64,000 bases of DNA. It comes from a virus. The notes under the pieces were generated by a model. The model saw only the letters and a list, made by a program, of their open reading frames with translations. It was not told the origin of the DNA and did not search any database. Location of the stretch: positions 1 through 64,000 of IMG/VR virus record IMGVR_UViG_3300005617_000028. The stretch is one strand, 5' to 3'. The number at the start of each line of letters is the position of its first letter. Positions within the stretch are counted from its first letter, which is position 1. Shown piece by piece: positions 30,036 through 39,253 of this stretch. A program made the translations under genes and the position numbers.

Positions 30036-30286
30036 AGATCACCTTCGCGACGCAGGCGTGGGAGGACTACCTCTGGTGGCAAACGCAGGACCGCGCCATG
30101 CTCCGCCGGATCAACACCCTGATCGCGGACATCGCCCGCAACGGCCACACCGGCATCGGCAAACCGGAGCCGCTGGCCCACGCCCTGCAGGGCTACTGGT
30201 CGCGGCGGATCAACGATGAGCACCGGCTGGTCTACAAGGTGACCACCGATGAGGTGTGGATAGCCCAGTGCCGCTACCACTACTAG
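30032..30286 (+). CDS. yoeB: YoeB/Txe toxin
   Basis: AWEDYLWW, GKPEPL, WSRRINDEHRLVY, CRYHY. Confidence 0.95.
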   Translation: MKITFATQAWEDYLWWQTQDRAMLRRINTLIADIARNGHTGIGKPEPLAHALQGYWSRRINDEHRLVYKVTTDEVWIAQCRYHY

Positions 30287-30348
30287 GCCCCCGCTAGACG
30301 CAGGTCAACAACGCACATCGCCCCAGGTAGTCGACCGTTGAACCAGTT

Positions 30349-30921
30349 GTGATCATCCTTGACGACGACGAAGCCCTGGACATGATCGGCACCTGTGGTG
30401 GCGCCGGCTTCGGCGCATCCGAGCCCGGGGCGATGGTCAACTACCTGACCCTGGTCCGGGAGGGCCACAACTCCGTGCTGGGCGTACCGGAGAAACGGAC
30501 CTGGATCTACGCGATCCTGCCGTCCGGCGCCAACCCCCGGGAGGTGGAGCAGTTCATCGCCGCGAGCATCCTGAAGGCCGTCAACGAGCCACATTCGGAT
30601 CCGGCGCCGCTGCTGCTCGCCGTGTTCCAGATGGAGATCATGCACATCCACAAGGCCGATGTGGCTGACGAGGTCCAGGAGAACCGGGCCCGGCTGCTGC
30701 GCGCCCAGGGCCAGCTGGCCCAGCACGAGAAGGCGGCCGAAGTCACCCGCCTGTACGCGGTAGCCGACGATGGCCGGCGGTGGACCGGCCAGCACTGGCT
30801 GACCGGCCCCCGCGCCGGCGAGATGGACGGTCCCACCCGGGTGGGACCCCTCGACCGGGTCCAACTCGACGACTGGGTGTTCGCCCGCCTGCTCCGCCAC
30901 GTGATCGGGCTGCACTGGTGA
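30349..30921 (+). CDS. hypothetical protein
   Basis: ORF, codon bias. Confidence 0.5.
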   Translation: MIILDDDEALDMIGTCGGAGFGASEPGAMVNYLTLVREGHNSVLGVPEKRTWIYAILPSGANPREVEQFIAASILKAVNEPHSDPAPLLLAVFQMEIMHIHKADVADEVQENRARLLRAQGQLAQHEKAAEVTRLYAVADDGRRWTGQHWLTGPRAGEMDGPTRVGPLDRVQLDDWVFARLLRHVIGLHW

Positions 30922-31397
30922 GTGCCGACGAGCCCCACCGGGTGGAGATGTACGCCGACGCGGTGATGGCCTGCGCTGAACTGGTCGGCCACAGCGGCGC
31001 GACCACCTTCGAGATCGGCTACCTGCACGACGACGTACCGTCCGAGAAGGCCGCCTGGTACGCCCACGCCCTCTTCAAAGGAACACGGGTCATCGCCCAG
31101 GACCACACGTCACCGACCGCCGCCGCGATCGAGCTGGCCGAAAGAATCCTCGCCAACGGCCGCTGCAAGTGTGGCCGGCCGGTCGCGCTATCCGACTGCA
31201 CCGACGGCTGCTGCCGCTGGCACCTGGCCGGGAAGCACTGGGTACCGGGCTGCAACGCGGCGCCCATCACCATGCCCAGCGGCGCCCGCGGCGACCTGGC
31301 CGCCATGCAGACGGTCTACAGCGAGCAGGTGGGCAACCGGGCCCAGCGACGGGCCAAGAAGCGCGAGCAGTGGCCCCGGGCAGGTCCACCGTCGTGA
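30918..31397 (+). CDS. hypothetical protein
   Basis: GTGA overlap; NRAQRR motif. Confidence 0.5.
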   Translation: MSADEPHRVEMYADAVMACAELVGHSGATTFEIGYLHDDVPSEKAAWYAHALFKGTRVIAQDHTSPTAAAIELAERILANGRCKCGRPVALSDCTDGCCRWHLAGKHWVPGCNAAPITMPSGARGDLAAMQTVYSEQVGNRAQRRAKKREQWPRAGPPS

Positions 31398-31435
31398 CCC
31401 TTGGCCCGCTGCCGCCGGTACGGCATATTGGGCTC

Positions 31436-31600
31436 ATGGCCAGCGCCCCGGAGGACCCCGCTCGTGCTCAGCTCCGTGCCGAGACGCGGGCGCTGGCGGA
31501 GGACCCCGCCGACCGGGCTGAAATGCGGCGGGTCATGGCCACCATGGACGCGGCACGCTCGACCGATGACAGCTTGACTGAGGTCAACGACCGCTCATGA
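31436..31600 (+). CDS. small antitoxin-like peptide
   Basis: LRAETRALAEDPADRAEMRRV resembles C-termini of actinobacterial antitoxins; CATATT 6 nt before ATG. Confidence 0.35.
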   Translation: MASAPEDPARAQLRAETRALAEDPADRAEMRRVMATMDAARSTDDSLTEVNDRS

Positions 31601-31628
31601 CGGATGAGCCGTTGATTCGTCTTACGTG

Positions 31629-32363
31629 TCAGCCGACGTTTTCAGCGGCGTCCCGCAGCACCTGAGCGCCCAGCTGCAACTCCGACACCGTGTGGCCCCA
31701 GCGGGGACCGACCTGCGTGGCGTACGCCTCAGCCAGATTCAGCAGTTCAGCCGCTACCGCCGCTCGTGTTTGCTGCCGCACCCGACCGTCCCGCTTCCGA
31801 AGATCAAGAGCCTTCAGAACCTCGCGGGCGGCGGCGCGCCATAACGACTCGGCGCCCGGGCCAGTGGCGCGGAAATGGCGCTGCAGCGTATCCGCCACCA
31901 GCCCCACCTCAACGATGTGGTCGGCGAGGGTCAGCACCTCGCCCAGCAGCTCATCCACTGGTGGTTCGGTTTCGCTCGGCTCCGTCATTCCACCGGCCCG
32001 CTGGTCTGCCTGGTTGGGCACGATGGCCCCCGCTCTGGGCCAGCCGGCAACGAGCGCTTCGCCCTGCTCGCCAGCGTGGCACGTGGTGCCCTTGCCCGCC
32101 GAATAGGCGTAGGACCGCGAACAGAGCAGGCAGAAGATCGGGTAGAAGCCGACCAGGTTCTCCACGCCCAGGGTCATGTTGTCCAAAGCGACCTCTGGGT
32201 CTTCGATGTGGTACACCGCTGCCGTCGACCATAGGTGCTGCTCGCCCGGCGCCCGCGGCCCCAGCCGGGCCGCCAGTTCGCGCATGTCGACCAGCCTGGT
32301 GTCGCTCATGTCGACGTCCTGCTCCGGCCCGACGAACACCTTTGGCTGTTGATCACTGACCAC
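31629..32363 (-). CDS. hypothetical protein
   Basis: ORF with CxxC. Confidence 0.45.
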   Translation of the reverse strand: MVSDQQPKVFVGPEQDVDMSDTRLVDMRELAARLGPRAPGEQHLWSTAAVYHIEDPEVALDNMTLGVENLVGFYPIFCLLCSRSYAYSAGKGTTCHAGEQGEALVAGWPRAGAIVPNQADQRAGGMTEPSETEPPVDELLGEVLTLADHIVEVGLVADTLQRHFRATGPGAESLWRAAAREVLKALDLRKRDGRVRQQTRAAVAAELLNLAEAYATQVGPRWGHTVSELQLGAQVLRDAAENVG

Positions 32364-32441
32364 GTTCTCACCCCCCGCACCTGTACCCGGCTTGGTGGAT
32401 CAACGAGTGCCCGGACGGTGGGTCACGGCGCCATCAGTACC

Positions 32442-32816
32442 TCACAAACCAGGGCCCATGACGCGGTCATACTCCGTTGACATTCGCTTCAGCTGTTGGG
32501 CCTCCGCGGCGTCACGAGCCGCGTCCAAGGCGACCAGTACTGGATCTAATGTGTACTCGCCGAGTTTGATGGCTGGGCTGCAGAAGGCACAGGGCCTCGG
32601 GTTAGCTGCCCGGAGTACCGCGAGTGTTGGGGCCGCTTCAATGCGTCGGCGTTCGCTGCGTGGTCCGCGCCGAAGATGGCCACACCCCGTGCGATGCAGC
32701 CGGCCCCGCTCCAACTTGGTGGCGTCGTCACCCATAGCCGCGAGGTAGGTGACCACAATGCCCTCTGGCAGAGAGACGACGATGTTGGTTGGGTCAAACT
32801 GGGGGTTGGGCTTCAT
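32442..32816 (-). CDS. Ada-like zinc-binding domain protein
   Basis: LHRTGCGHL...PCAFCSP. Confidence 0.5.
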   Translation of the reverse strand: MKPNPQFDPTNIVVSLPEGIVVTYLAAMGDDATKLERGRLHRTGCGHLRRGPRSERRRIEAAPTLAVLRAANPRPCAFCSPAIKLGEYTLDPVLVALDAARDAAEAQQLKRMSTEYDRVMGPGL

Positions 32817-33358
32817 GATCGAGCGCGGGCGAGTACGGCCGCCACGTCGACACCCGGCTTGCACGACCCGCAGTCCACCGGAGGTCGTCGCCGTCGCAGG
32901 AGCTGCCTGTTTGGTGTCGCGGTGATGTACCAGCATCGGTCAGTGGCCTGACGGCCTGTGTATGACTCAATACGGTGCAGGTGGCCACAGGAGGCGCGAT
33001 GAAACTTAGCGGCCTCAATGACGTTCCCAGGCCCGACCCGGTAGGCCAGACTGACGCCGGTGGGCAGAGGTACGCCCAGCTGTCTCGAAAGCTCCTCTTC
33101 CGGCAGAGGCGCAGCTCCCGCCCAGGGATCGCCTGTTACTAGCTCCCACGCCATGACCAGTGTTTCGTGCCGCAGTACTTCAGTGAGTCCTGCAATGGCG
33201 ATGCCGAGCCCCGCCCCAGGATCGCTGCCAGGCGTGCGGGCCTCCAGCGCCGCCTTGTTGATCGCGTCAACCTCAGAAACCTTGTCTTCAATCGCACGGG
33301 CGAGCCGCTGTATGCCCCCCAGGTGGTGGCCCGTGGTCGGTCGCTTCTCAGTAGCCAT
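32813..33358 (-). CDS. Ada-like zinc-binding domain protein
   Basis: FHRASCGHL...CGSCKP. Confidence 0.5.
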   Translation of the reverse strand: MATEKRPTTGHHLGGIQRLARAIEDKVSEVDAINKAALEARTPGSDPGAGLGIAIAGLTEVLRHETLVMAWELVTGDPWAGAAPLPEEELSRQLGVPLPTGVSLAYRVGPGNVIEAAKFHRASCGHLHRIESYTGRQATDRCWYITATPNRQLLRRRRPPVDCGSCKPGVDVAAVLARARS

Positions 33359-33451
33359 ATATAGGCCGACTGTCGGGAACGGGCGAGATGTCCATAGTTC
33401 ATGATGCTAGACAGCGGGTGATCACTGGCACCATCGGCCAACCGGATGAAG

Positions 33452-34003
33452 ACCCGCAGGTCAAGGCACCTTTCGAGAATATCAAGCCCACAACCGAGGG
33501 TGCGTTGAACACCGGGAGGCCGCTGCCTGATAGCGCGCCCGGCAGGATTCGAACCTGCGACCAATGGATTAGAAGTCCATTGCTCTATCCGCTGAGCTAC
33601 GGGCGCCTGAGAGGACAGTAGGTCATCGATATACTAACCAACCCGCCCCTATCGGGCGAACAGCTAACTCTACCTAGGCCGAACGGATGTCTTGTCCCCT
33701 CGCCTGTCCCCAACCTTGAGCCATCGCTGCCCGTCAGTGTTAAATAGGCTCTGACCTGCGGGTTTGTGGCCAGTTTGGACATGACTGAAGGATTAGAAGT
33801 CGTGTTAAGGTAACGCAGTGTGACCGGACAAAATGGGGCAAGACGTTACGAACTCCCATTGATTAACGTGCGTGCGCTACGTAGGGTTACGGCGTTTTAC
33901 CCCCTTTTCCACCGACTGTCTCCGCCTGCCCCCTCGACAGGGGACGGTGAACGTGGGTATGGTCCACCCCCGTTCCACCGAGCAGGTGTGTGAGGCGTAA
34001 CCC
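33452..34003. other. putative attachment (att) region
   Basis: GGATTAGAAGTC at 33566-33577 (in tRNA) and 33790-33801; inverted 12-mers at 33452-33463 / 33752-33763; adjacent to integrase. Confidence 0.6.
33534..33606 (-). tRNA. tRNA-Arg(UCU)
   Basis: GCGCCCG/CGGGCGC acceptor stem, TAGCTCAGCGGATAGAGC D-arm, ATGGA-CTTCTAA-TCCAT anticodon arm, GGTTCGAATCC T-arm; no encoded CCA. Confidence 0.95.
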
Positions 34004-35284
34004 ATGGCATCCATCGAAAAGCGCGGTTCTTCTTTCCGGGTCGTCTGGCGGCATAACAGCGCCAAGCAGTCCACGACATGGCCCAATGAAAGACTTGCGT
34101 GGCAGGCCCGGCGGCTGGTTGAGGGCCGTGAGCACCGCGTCACGCCCGATGAGGTCTACGAGATCGTCGGCGGTGTTGAGATTGCTCCGCGCCGGCAGTC
34201 GGTTCTCACCTTTCGGACGTGGAGCGAGATGTGGATGGCCGCTCTGGTACGGCCCGGGGATTCCACCCGAGCCAACTACCAGGCGCAACTCGACCGGCAG
34301 ATACTGCCCGCCATCGGCGAGCTTGCCTTGGTAGACGTTGACGCCATCGCTGTGGCGACGCTGGTCAACAGCCTCAAGGTCAAATTTGCCAACACCACCG
34401 TCACCCGCTACTACGCCGTGCTGTTCCAATGCCTGAATTTCGCGGTCAAGATGGGCAAGATACCCGTCAACCCGTGCTACCAGATCAACTTCAGGCGGGA
34501 CGAACCCGACCAGCTCGACACCAGCGATGAAGATGACGACCACGTCTACCTGACGCTCCAGGAGTACGAACAGATCCTGTCCAACATCCACCCGGCCGAT
34601 CGACCCCTCGTGGAATTCCTGGCCGGGACCGGTTGCCGGATCTCTGAGGCCACCGCGGTAACCGTCTCGGCAATTCGCCTCCACGGCATCGGGCCGCAGG
34701 ATCCAGCTCCCGTCGTGCGTATCCAACAGACTCACAAAGGCGACGGGTCGGGCGGCCGCCGGGTACTGGGTATCCCCAAGGGACGCCGCCGCCGGTGGGT
34801 ATCACTCGGCCAACGTGTCCTTGAGGCCATCGCGCCCGTGCACACTGATCGGAACCCGACAGAATTCCTGTTCACCGCCACAAGGGGCGGCCCCATCAAC
34901 GCCGACAACTGGCGGAATCGGGTCTGGGACAAGGCAGTCGGCGAAGCCCGTCGGTGTCCGCAACACCCTCCCGCACTGCCGCCCCAACCAGTGCGTGGCC
35001 CTCGCCGCCAATGGACCCCCGATGAGGTTTCCACCTGCAACTGCCCCGGCGTCTTGTCACGCCGTCCAACACCCCACGACCTCAGACACTCACACGCCTG
35101 CTGGTTGCTGTCTGAGGGCCACGACCTGCTGTTCGTGTCACGCCGGCTTGGGCATGCCAGCGTCAGCCTGACCGAGCGGGTCTACGGTGGTATCACCCGT
35201 CAGCGTGATAATGAGGCAGCCACGCTGATAGACCGCGCAATGGGAGCTGGGACGCGGCAACGGCGCCTCCTCAGCTCGGTATAG
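34004..35284 (+). CDS. int: tyrosine integrase
   Basis: TGCRISEA, HDLRH, LGH, VY catalytic set; MASIEKRG arm-binding N-terminus. Confidence 0.95.
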   Translation: MASIEKRGSSFRVVWRHNSAKQSTTWPNERLAWQARRLVEGREHRVTPDEVYEIVGGVEIAPRRQSVLTFRTWSEMWMAALVRPGDSTRANYQAQLDRQILPAIGELALVDVDAIAVATLVNSLKVKFANTTVTRYYAVLFQCLNFAVKMGKIPVNPCYQINFRRDEPDQLDTSDEDDDHVYLTLQEYEQILSNIHPADRPLVEFLAGTGCRISEATAVTVSAIRLHGIGPQDPAPVVRIQQTHKGDGSGGRRVLGIPKGRRRRWVSLGQRVLEAIAPVHTDRNPTEFLFTATRGGPINADNWRNRVWDKAVGEARRCPQHPPALPPQPVRGPRRQWTPDEVSTCNCPGVLSRRPTPHDLRHSHACWLLSEGHDLLFVSRRLGHASVSLTERVYGGITRQRDNEAATLIDRAMGAGTRQRRLLSSV

Positions 35285-35326
35285 ACCGGGGAAGGACCCG
35301 GAGCCAGCGGTGAGGAGAACCACCCG

Positions 35327-35581
35327 GTGGAAATGCCCAAGCTCTACACCCTGGCCGAGGTCGCGCAGAACACCGGGCTGTCCCTGCGGGCACTCGCCGA
35401 CGGCGCCCGCGCAGGCAAGTTCGCCCACGTCCACCAGGGCGGGCACCGCTACATGACCATCGAGCAGGTCCACCAGCTAATCCAGGTATCCACAGTGACA
35501 CCGGACCCCATCCCCGACGACCTGGCGCCGCTGCGCCGGCGGTTGATGCAACGGAGCTTGCGCAACCAGGCCGGGGGATAA
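35327..35581 (+). CDS. excisionase-like HTH protein
   Basis: LYTLAEVAQNTGLS; adjacent to integrase. Confidence 0.65.
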   Translation: MEMPKLYTLAEVAQNTGLSLRALADGARAGKFAHVHQGGHRYMTIEQVHQLIQVSTVTPDPIPDDLAPLRRRLMQRSLRNQAGG

Positions 35582-35668
35582 GGCAGCGGGTCGGCATGGC
35601 CGTTTAGCGAAATGTCCCCTACCTGGCGGTTGATGACCGGGGGTGGCTGGACCCGTAATCTGAGGATC

Positions 35669-35941
35669 ATGAAACACCCCCTGGTGGAGGGCCTTGAGCC
35701 CGCTCACGTCCTGGACGAAACGTCGCCGGTTGTTATGGCGCTCGTGTCCGCCATCGAGAAGTGGGCCGCGGAGATCGAGTTGATCCGCGTGCAGCGGGAG
35801 GAATCACTTTCCTCGGTCATCGTTTACCTTCGCCGGCTCGATGCTGAGCGCGATGGGCTCATCATCGCCTGGGAGATCATGACGGGCCGAGAGTGGGAAG
35901 GCCCGAGCCCGGACATCGCCCCGCACCCGCGGACCGGCTGA
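35669..35941 (+). CDS. hypothetical protein
   Basis: TAATCT 7 nt before ATG; AWEIMTG motif shared with 32813-33358. Confidence 0.5.
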   Translation: MKHPLVEGLEPAHVLDETSPVVMALVSAIEKWAAEIELIRVQREESLSSVIVYLRRLDAERDGLIIAWEIMTGREWEGPSPDIAPHPRTG

Positions 35942-36127
35942 AACTGTACGGAAGGATCTAGCCCTCGGGAAACCGCTGCCGGGTCTGCTGATTCATGCCG
36001 CGATTCTCCTCGGGGTCGGAGATCTCCTCCGACACCACACCGACCCGACAGCGGCCGACAGTTTCAACGAGCACGGTCCGCGTGGGGATACCGGTTTTGT
36101 CTGATCTGAGCTGCTACGGTCCGACTC

Positions 36128-36550
36128 ATGGACGGGGAGTGGGTGGATCCGGGGACGGTACCGGCTGTCGAGCTGGCGGTGGCTGATCGGAACTGGGCTA
36201 TCGCGCAGTTGGTTGTGGACAGCCTGGTGCGGGACCTCAAACAACACCGCGCCACCGGGTGTACCGAATGGACGTGCCCGGGAACAGCCGGGCGGGTTCT
36301 GGTGGAGATGGACGACGCCCAGGTCCACATGCTCGCGCGGGCCGCGCTGGAAATGCTTGCCCGACCGCTGGCGACGTTGTGGACCGGCGTCAAGAATCCG
36401 GACTGTATCTGCGAGTGGGAACCTGATCCTGCCGGTGGGTTCGCGATGACCTGGATCGATCCGACCTGTCCGCTGCACGGTCGTGGGCAGCCAGCCGACT
36501 TCTGGACGCTATCGGGCGGCCGGGTGGGTCAGCGCACCAGCTCCCACTGA
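36128..36550 (+). CDS. hypothetical protein
   Basis: CxC..CPLHG. Confidence 0.5.
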   Translation: MDGEWVDPGTVPAVELAVADRNWAIAQLVVDSLVRDLKQHRATGCTEWTCPGTAGRVLVEMDDAQVHMLARAALEMLARPLATLWTGVKNPDCICEWEPDPAGGFAMTWIDPTCPLHGRGQPADFWTLSGGRVGQRTSSH

Positions 36551-37179
36551 AGGCAGCAGCGGCCATCCTTCGTCTGGTGGACGCAGCGGATCAGCCCGTG
36601 CCGGGCCATGTCCCGAACGACGTACCGGACCGGTGTCAGCATCACCGGCGTGGCGCCGACCTCCCGCCACAGATCCATGATCGAAAACCCATCCGTGGTG
36701 GGCCGCTGCTCAATCCACTCCACCACCCGTTCGTACCGGGCGAACTGCTTACTCATCCGCGCCGCCTCGCTGAGGTGAGGCACCACGGTAACGCCGCAGG
36801 CGTAGCAATGCGTCTGCTGGTACAACCCAGCCCGGAAAGTGTGTGGTTTCTCGTCCGTCCCGAGCACGTCGCGAAGGTGCTTCTCATACGACTCGACGGC
36901 GTCGGCCGCCTGGGTCATGTTCCAGGCTCCGTCCACACCGAGGAGAAGGGCGATCCCGGGTTGGTGGTCGCCGGGGTCGTAGGTGTCCGCGTTGTTCCAC
37001 ACCTCGTACAGGTGCATGAGCGCCCGGACCGCGTCCAGGGACATCCCCATGGACCGTTGATCATGGCGGGTGAGAATGTCGGCCAGGAGGCGGACCATCG
37101 GTGAGTTGCGGCTGTGCAGCTTGCCGGTGTGTTTGTCGAGCAGATCGATCAGGTCCTGCGGTATCTCGTCTGGTGTCAT
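36529..37179 (-). CDS. hypothetical protein
   Basis: ORF in minus-strand run. Confidence 0.5.
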   Translation of the reverse strand: MTPDEIPQDLIDLLDKHTGKLHSRNSPMVRLLADILTRHDQRSMGMSLDAVRALMHLYEVWNNADTYDPGDHQPGIALLLGVDGAWNMTQAADAVESYEKHLRDVLGTDEKPHTFRAGLYQQTHCYACGVTVVPHLSEAARMSKQFARYERVVEWIEQRPTTDGFSIMDLWREVGATPVMLTPVRYVVRDMARHGLIRCVHQTKDGRCCLQWELVR

Positions 37180-37191
37180 AGCCGCTGAACC

Positions 37192-37554
37192 TCAGTGCCC
37201 AGTGGGCGTACCGGTGTCCGCGTGGAGGCGGTAGTCGGCCAGCAGGTCGTCGAGCGCCGTGCCGTAGTGGTTGTAGGGGGCGTACCGCTCCCGCATCCGC
37301 ATGATCCACTGCTCGACCGGATCGCCGCGGCGGGCGTCGGCCTTGATCGCCTCCTGCAGCGACCACATCTGCGCGTTGTCCAGTCCGTCCGGGTGGTCGT
37401 CACGACTCAGGTACCACTCGTATGCCTTGGCGACCTGCGCCCAGACATCGAGGCCGGTCGCGTAGCCGTCGGCGGCCAGCGCCGCGTCGTTCAGGACTGG
37501 CAGGGGCGTGTCGCCTGCGTCGGCGGCGTATTCCTCCGGCGAGACTGGCTTCAT
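37192..37554 (-). CDS. hypothetical protein
   Basis: AAGGAG RBS, codon bias. Confidence 0.55.
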   Translation of the reverse strand: MKPVSPEEYAADAGDTPLPVLNDAALAADGYATGLDVWAQVAKAYEWYLSRDDHPDGLDNAQMWSLQEAIKADARRGDPVEQWIMRMRERYAPYNHYGTALDDLLADYRLHADTGTPTGH

Positions 37555-37626
37555 CGCTGACGCTCCTTGACAGTTGATGTATCAATCCCCTGATGCCAAC
37601 TACCGGCGCGACGGGCCCTGTTGCGT

Positions 37627-38163
37627 TCAGGGGGCCAATGGGCGGAGCCGGCGGATGTAGGACGGCTGCCAGCTGATTCCGATGACCGCGCCCTCGGCGT
37701 TGACCGCCGTGTCGTACTGGGACAGCCACATCAGCGAGTACGGCTCAGCCGGCTTGCCGGCCGCGCTAGCGGAGTCCGCAGACGGTACCCACCCGCCGCA
37801 GTCGCAGCCGGGCTTGTCGCAGGACAGCACGCTCACGTCGAACGCCGTGCTCCGGTAGTGGCTCATCTGGCCCGATGCCATCGGGCAGGCCGCCGCGGAG
37901 TACCGGGCGCACTCCGGGTGCATGGCGGGCTCACGGCTCCAGCCCGCCTCAAGCTCGCTGGGCGTCACCAGCGCCACGCACGGCTGCTCCAGGCGCTGAC
38001 CGTCGATCTGGCAGCGCTGGTCGACCACACAGGCGTTTCGCCGGCTGGTGTGGACGTGGCCGAGGACATGGCGGCCGTCGCCGGAGGCCACCGAGATGTA
38101 CGGCACCACCAGGCCGCCGCTCAGTGGCCGGCCGAGCAGGCGGGCGGGAATGTCCGGCATCAT
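37627..38163 (-). CDS. conserved-type actinophage hypothetical protein
   Basis: GLVVPYI..CQIDG..EPAMHPECARYSAAACP. Confidence 0.6.
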   Translation of the reverse strand: MMPDIPARLLGRPLSGGLVVPYISVASGDGRHVLGHVHTSRRNACVVDQRCQIDGQRLEQPCVALVTPSELEAGWSREPAMHPECARYSAAACPMASGQMSHYRSTAFDVSVLSCDKPGCDCGGWVPSADSASAAGKPAEPYSLMWLSQYDTAVNAEGAVIGISWQPSYIRRLRPLAP

Positions 38164-38239
38164 CCAGGTATACCCGATCGGGTGAACCTGCACGTCAAAG
38201 GCGCGCGGAGCCGGTCTGAGCGAAAAAACGGAGGCCGGG

Positions 38240-38780
38240 CAGGTAGTTGCTGGTAGTGACGCGACAAGCAGGTCGCACACTCCACTGAGGACGCTGAACC
38301 GTGGACCCATGACCGTACGGCGCTGGCATCCGACAACTGCCCCGGCGGAACGCCGGTAATCAAACCCAAGGCCATCCGGTCCTGGACCCTCAGAAGGTCA
38401 CCTTTACCGGACACCCGAGCAACGGCGCAGTCGTGTAATGGCGAGCCCGGGGCGACACAGGTGGAAGAGACCTGTGGGCTGGAGACGAAAACGAACCGTC
38501 TCCAGTTCTTGACGCCGTTGCTGATCCCGGCCTCGCGGGCTGTGGTGTAACGGCCACAGCAGTCAGGTGAAGCAGCCTGACTGTGCCCGGTGTGACACGG
38601 CCTAAACGCGCCGAGTCAGCACTCTCTCCACCAAGCTCTATGGCATAGCCATGCCCAAGATCGAACCGGGGGGGGGTGTTCTCCAACCACTCAGCTCCCA
38701 GCGGCCAAGCCGAGGCAAGTCAAAAGCACAAGACACTCCACGGTTGGAGCGAACTAATGGTGAACCATGCCCAAAACCGC
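38240..38780 (+). ncRNA. putative large structured RNA (~540 nt)
   Basis: More than 10 helices, A-rich loops, possible pseudoknots; between divergent genes (see findings). Confidence 0.55.
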
Positions 38781-38788
38781 GGCGGGCT

Positions 38789-39253
38789 GTGATGGCTCTC
38801 ATCTCCGCTCGTGAGTTCCGGCAGCAGGTGGCCGCCTGGGCCATCAAGGGCCAACGCAAGTTCGAGGTTACCTGCCGGCAACGGTGTGGCCACGACCTCG
38901 TCGTCCGGCTCCGGGTCAACGGTGGCCTGAGCGAACTGGAGCAGGCGGAAAGCCAGCGGTGCGCTCAGTGTTCGGAGCCGGATCCGTTGGGACGCGAGGT
39001 GGTCTATGGGCGGGCCTACGAGGAGGCCAACGCCCGCGCCGCGGAAGCCGGCTTCCCCGCGCTGACCGGTACGCGCAAACAGGTTGGCTGGGCGAACGTG
39101 CTGCGGCTGCGGGCGGTGCGGCTTCATGGCCTTGACGCCATCAAAGACAGCGTGATGGACCGGAAGGAAGCCACCTGGTGGATCGCCCACCGCGACCGCC
39201 TCCGGGATCTGGTTCCGCCGGCGTGGGCGACCGAGTCAGCGGGTCAGCGGTGA
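38789..39253 (+). CDS. hypothetical protein
   Basis: CGH..CxxC and PALTGTRKQVGWA..WWI motifs seen in mobile-element proteins. Confidence 0.6.
   Translation: MMALISAREFRQQVAAWAIKGQRKFEVTCRQRCGHDLVVRLRVNGGLSELEQAESQRCAQCSEPDPLGREVVYGRAYEEANARAAEAGFPALTGTRKQVGWANVLRLRAVRLHGLDAIKDSVMDRKEATWWIAHRDRLRDLVPPAWATESAGQR

Noticed and set aside
33534-33606. tRNA as a prophage/host boundary (attL or attR)
   Set aside because: Phage-type genes continue on both sides and no host genes are seen
38536-38600. tRNA-like look (TGGTGTAACGG D-loop-like word)
   Set aside because: No TTCGA T-arm or canonical cloverleaf; treated as part of the larger candidate RNA
38651-38788. Upstream extension of ORF 38651-39253 with a G9 tract as a phase-variable switch
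   Set aside because: Extension is not protein-like and lacks an RBS; later start at 38789 preferred, so the G tract is probably non-coding
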